Source of the DNA: a virus
Taxonomy: Duplodnaviria; Heunggongvirae; Uroviricota; Caudoviricetes
Virus record (IMG/VR): IMGVR_UViG_2778261646_000017
Span: 1-16,102 of that record
Reading direction: 5' to 3' (one strand)
DNA length: 16,102 bases
This document shows, piece after piece, positions 14,319-16,102 of this stretch. Under the pieces are notes generated by a model. The model searched no databases and had not been told where the DNA came from. It saw only the letters and a list, made by a program, of their open reading frames with translations. Made by a program: the position numbers and the translations under genes. Every line of letters starts with the position of its first letter. Position 1 is the stretch's first letter.

Positions 14319-14507
14319 TTAATGAACTGCCTTGCAGCTATCCTTCCAGGCCAGAACCTCGGATAAAGACCAGCCAACGGAACGACCGCCAAGTTTACGA
14401 CGTGATGGGAATTGTCCGGCCTTTTCCAGGCGGTAGCGACACGTACGGCTAAGGCCGGTTAGTTTTTCGCATTCTTTTTCACGTATAAACCGATCAGTGC
14501 TTAACAC
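14319..14507 (-). CDS. alpA: AlpA-family transcriptional regulator / excisionase-like HTH protein (62 aa from GTG; track ORF extends to a TTG at 14588)
   Basis: DRFIREKECEKLTGLSRTCRYRLEKAGQFPSRRKLGGRSVGWSLSEVLAWK matches the AlpA HTH signature (TGLSRST.YR....G.FP...KLG.R.V.W); GTG at 14507 has a strong AAAGGGGGG SD 5 nt upstream. Confidence 0.8.
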   Translation of the reverse strand: MLSTDRFIREKECEKLTGLSRTCRYRLEKAGQFPSRRKLGGRSVGWSLSEVLAWKDSCKAVH

Positions 14508-14780
14508 TATTGCCCCCCTTTCGTTTCTTAAAGAGTCATCAGGTGTCTTATTGTGTCGTATTGTTCCCGCTAGAGTGATGAATGGCAAATATTGAGGATG
14601 TATGATTTACAGAAAATGAAACAGTAAGAATAAAATCTTTTAAATTCATGTTAATACAAAGGCATAAAATATTGTTTCATGCCTTTTTTCTCACGCGTTA
14701 AAGCGTTATTCGCTAATGTATAAAAAAACAGTCACACAAATAAAATCAGTCACTTATAAACCTGTGTGCTTTTTCGCCTC

Positions 14781-14826
14781 TTGTTCGTGGTTGTTCCACG
14801 TTGTTTCACATTGTTCTCCGTTGTAT
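14781..14826. promoter_or_regulatory. Phased hexamer element: five TTGTTY hexamers at exact 10-bp spacing, between int and alpA
   Basis: + strand TTGTTC-gtgg-TTGTTC-cacg-TTGTTT-caca-TTGTTC-tccg-TTGTAT; the first 25 nt are the exact reverse complement of 9169-9193. Confidence 0.55.
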
Positions 14827-14872
14827 CTGTGTGCTTATCCAGTATGCGCATACTGAAAAAACACGAAAAAAA

Positions 14873-16102
14873 TTATTTTCTTCTGGCTGCTGGTAGTGCG
14901 GTTACGTTTTCATGTGTTCCCGCCAGTATCCCTAACCGCTCCATCCACATATCCAGCGCATTGCGTTTAGCATCCAGATAACGGGAATGATTATAAACTC
15001 GCTGCATTCCTGGCATCTGGTGGCCTGTAAGCTGCTCCACGACGTGAGGATCCACGCCTAAATCGCTCAGCATCGTTGTAAAGGTGCGCCGGATGTCATG
15101 TAGTGACCAGTGAGGGTGATTTAGCCTCCTGTGCGCTAATCTGCCGTACTGCGACACGCTTGTTTCCTGTTTCACTTCCCCCAGCAATAAGCCCGTGTGC
15201 CTGTTCTGCTCCACCAGCTGCGTGACGAACGGCAGTATTGCTTCCGGTATGGGCCGGAATATTGCCACCTTCGTTTTGCTGTGTTCTTTCGGCACGGTCC
15301 AGAGCATTTCGGTAAAATCCCACTCGCTGATCTCCGATAACCTCAGTTCTACCGTCCGGCATCCGAACACAATCAGGAGGCGGATTAACGCGATGTAGTA
15401 GGGGGAGAATATTTTTTTGTCCAGTGCCTGCAATAATTCGCCCAGTTCTTTGGTGCTTAAGACACGCTCGCTTATATCCAGTTTTTTCCCAACGTCCGCC
15501 ACACTCATATCATCAAGAACGTTGCTGATTGCATAGCGCCGCCTCCGGCAGAACTTAAGCGCCTGTTTGCACGTCTGTAGCAAGAATCCGGCAGTAACAG
15601 GCGTTCGCTTTGCCACCTGGTCAAAACAGGCCAGCCAGTGCCGTAGCTCGCATTTATCCAGCGGCATAGCACCAATGTGCTGTATTACGTGATTATTAAG
15701 GCGCTTTTTCAGGGCGGCATAATCCACGCGGTTTTCCTTTGCGTACGACTCAAGCCAGTAGGTGAGCGCATCGCCAACCGTTACCGGCTTTAACGCTTCC
15801 TGTACGGTGTAATTAAGCTCATGACGTGGATTTTTCCCCTCTGCCAGCCATGCGCGACACTGGGCGGCTTTTTCCCTGGCTGATTTCAGGCTCAGATCAG
15901 GATAATTTCCCAGCTTAATGCGTTCCGGTGGTGCCCCCCTTCCCGTTCCGGCCCTGTAAGTGAAATACCAGGTTAAAAGGCCACTGGTTGAATGCCTGAC
16001 GCTCAGGTTTCCACCGTCATTAAGAAAGGCTGTTTTTTGGGCGGGTGTGCCGTTGATTTTCCTCAGCTGTGTATCGCTCAGTTTGTTAAGTGCTCTGCTC
16101 AT
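14873..16102 (-). CDS. int: Tyrosine recombinase / integrase, P4-type (409 aa; start codon at the window edge, could extend further)
   Basis: N-terminal arm-binding-like domain (LSDTQLRKI...GLLTWYFTYRAG), catalytic region with HDIRRTF...LGHQ-like...RVYNHSRY (R-H-R-Y residues). Confidence 0.92.
   Translation of the reverse strand: MSRALNKLSDTQLRKINGTPAQKTAFLNDGGNLSVRHSTSGLLTWYFTYRAGTGRGAPPERIKLGNYPDLSLKSAREKAAQCRAWLAEGKNPRHELNYTVQEALKPVTVGDALTYWLESYAKENRVDYAALKKRLNNHVIQHIGAMPLDKCELRHWLACFDQVAKRTPVTAGFLLQTCKQALKFCRRRRYAISNVLDDMSVADVGKKLDISERVLSTKELGELLQALDKKIFSPYYIALIRLLIVFGCRTVELRLSEISEWDFTEMLWTVPKEHSKTKVAIFRPIPEAILPFVTQLVEQNRHTGLLLGEVKQETSVSQYGRLAHRRLNHPHWSLHDIRRTFTTMLSDLGVDPHVVEQLTGHQMPGMQRVYNHSRYLDAKRNALDMWMERLGILAGTHENVTALPAARRK

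Larger units (their letters stand above)
1462..16102 (-). mobile_element. Capsid-forming PICI-like phage satellite (int, alpA, replication module, HK97-type head and packaging module, no tail or lysis genes); extends beyond the right window edge
   Basis: Gene content and order from the calls below; integrase start codon sits exactly at position 16102, so the int-proximal att site is outside the window. The phoQ-side boundary is somewhere in 1462-2317 and cannot be fixed without the second att copy. Confidence 0.75.

Noticed and set aside
9168-14826. Interpretation of the identical 25-bp elements as attL/attR cores
   Set aside because: The copies are in inverted orientation and both lie inside the island, between genes that must stay linked (int-alpA, PerC-capsid). 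Integrase att cores would be direct repeats at the element ends.

Overview
The window holds the complete sensor kinase gene phoQ (1-1461, + strand, E. coli-type sequence) followed by about 14.6 kb of a horizontally acquired element that runs to the right window edge. The element is best explained as a capsid-forming phage-inducible chromosomal island (cf-PICI-like phage satellite). Its genes are almost all on the - strand, in this order: P4-type tyrosine integrase (start codon at the window edge, att site not visible), AlpA-like regulator, two convergent small + strand genes behind a triple-operator switch, two paralogous small proteins, primase/SF3-helicase, an iteron origin, a divergent SSB, a PerC-like protein, then an HK97-type head and packaging module (major capsid, prohead protease, portal, head-tail adaptor, gp6-like connector, HNH endonuclease, GC-rich cos-like gap, TerS, TerL), a 93-aa orphan gene, and about 0.85 kb of repeat-rich non-coding DNA abutting phoQ. 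There are no tail, lysis or cI-type repressor genes, and no tRNA, rRNA or CRISPR array. All protein identities are from motifs and family features I recognise in the translations (Walker A boxes, DDIPF tail, delta-domain coiled coil, ATGA-coupled starts); no database search was run, so family names are provisional. The most notable unexplained signals are an identical 25-bp phased-hexamer element present in inverted orientation upstream of alpA and upstream of the capsid operon, a three-operator palindromic switch next to an unannotated 59-aa RHH-like gene, a hairpin that sequesters the capsid Shine-Dalgarno, and a seven-copy motif array at the phoQ-proximal end.
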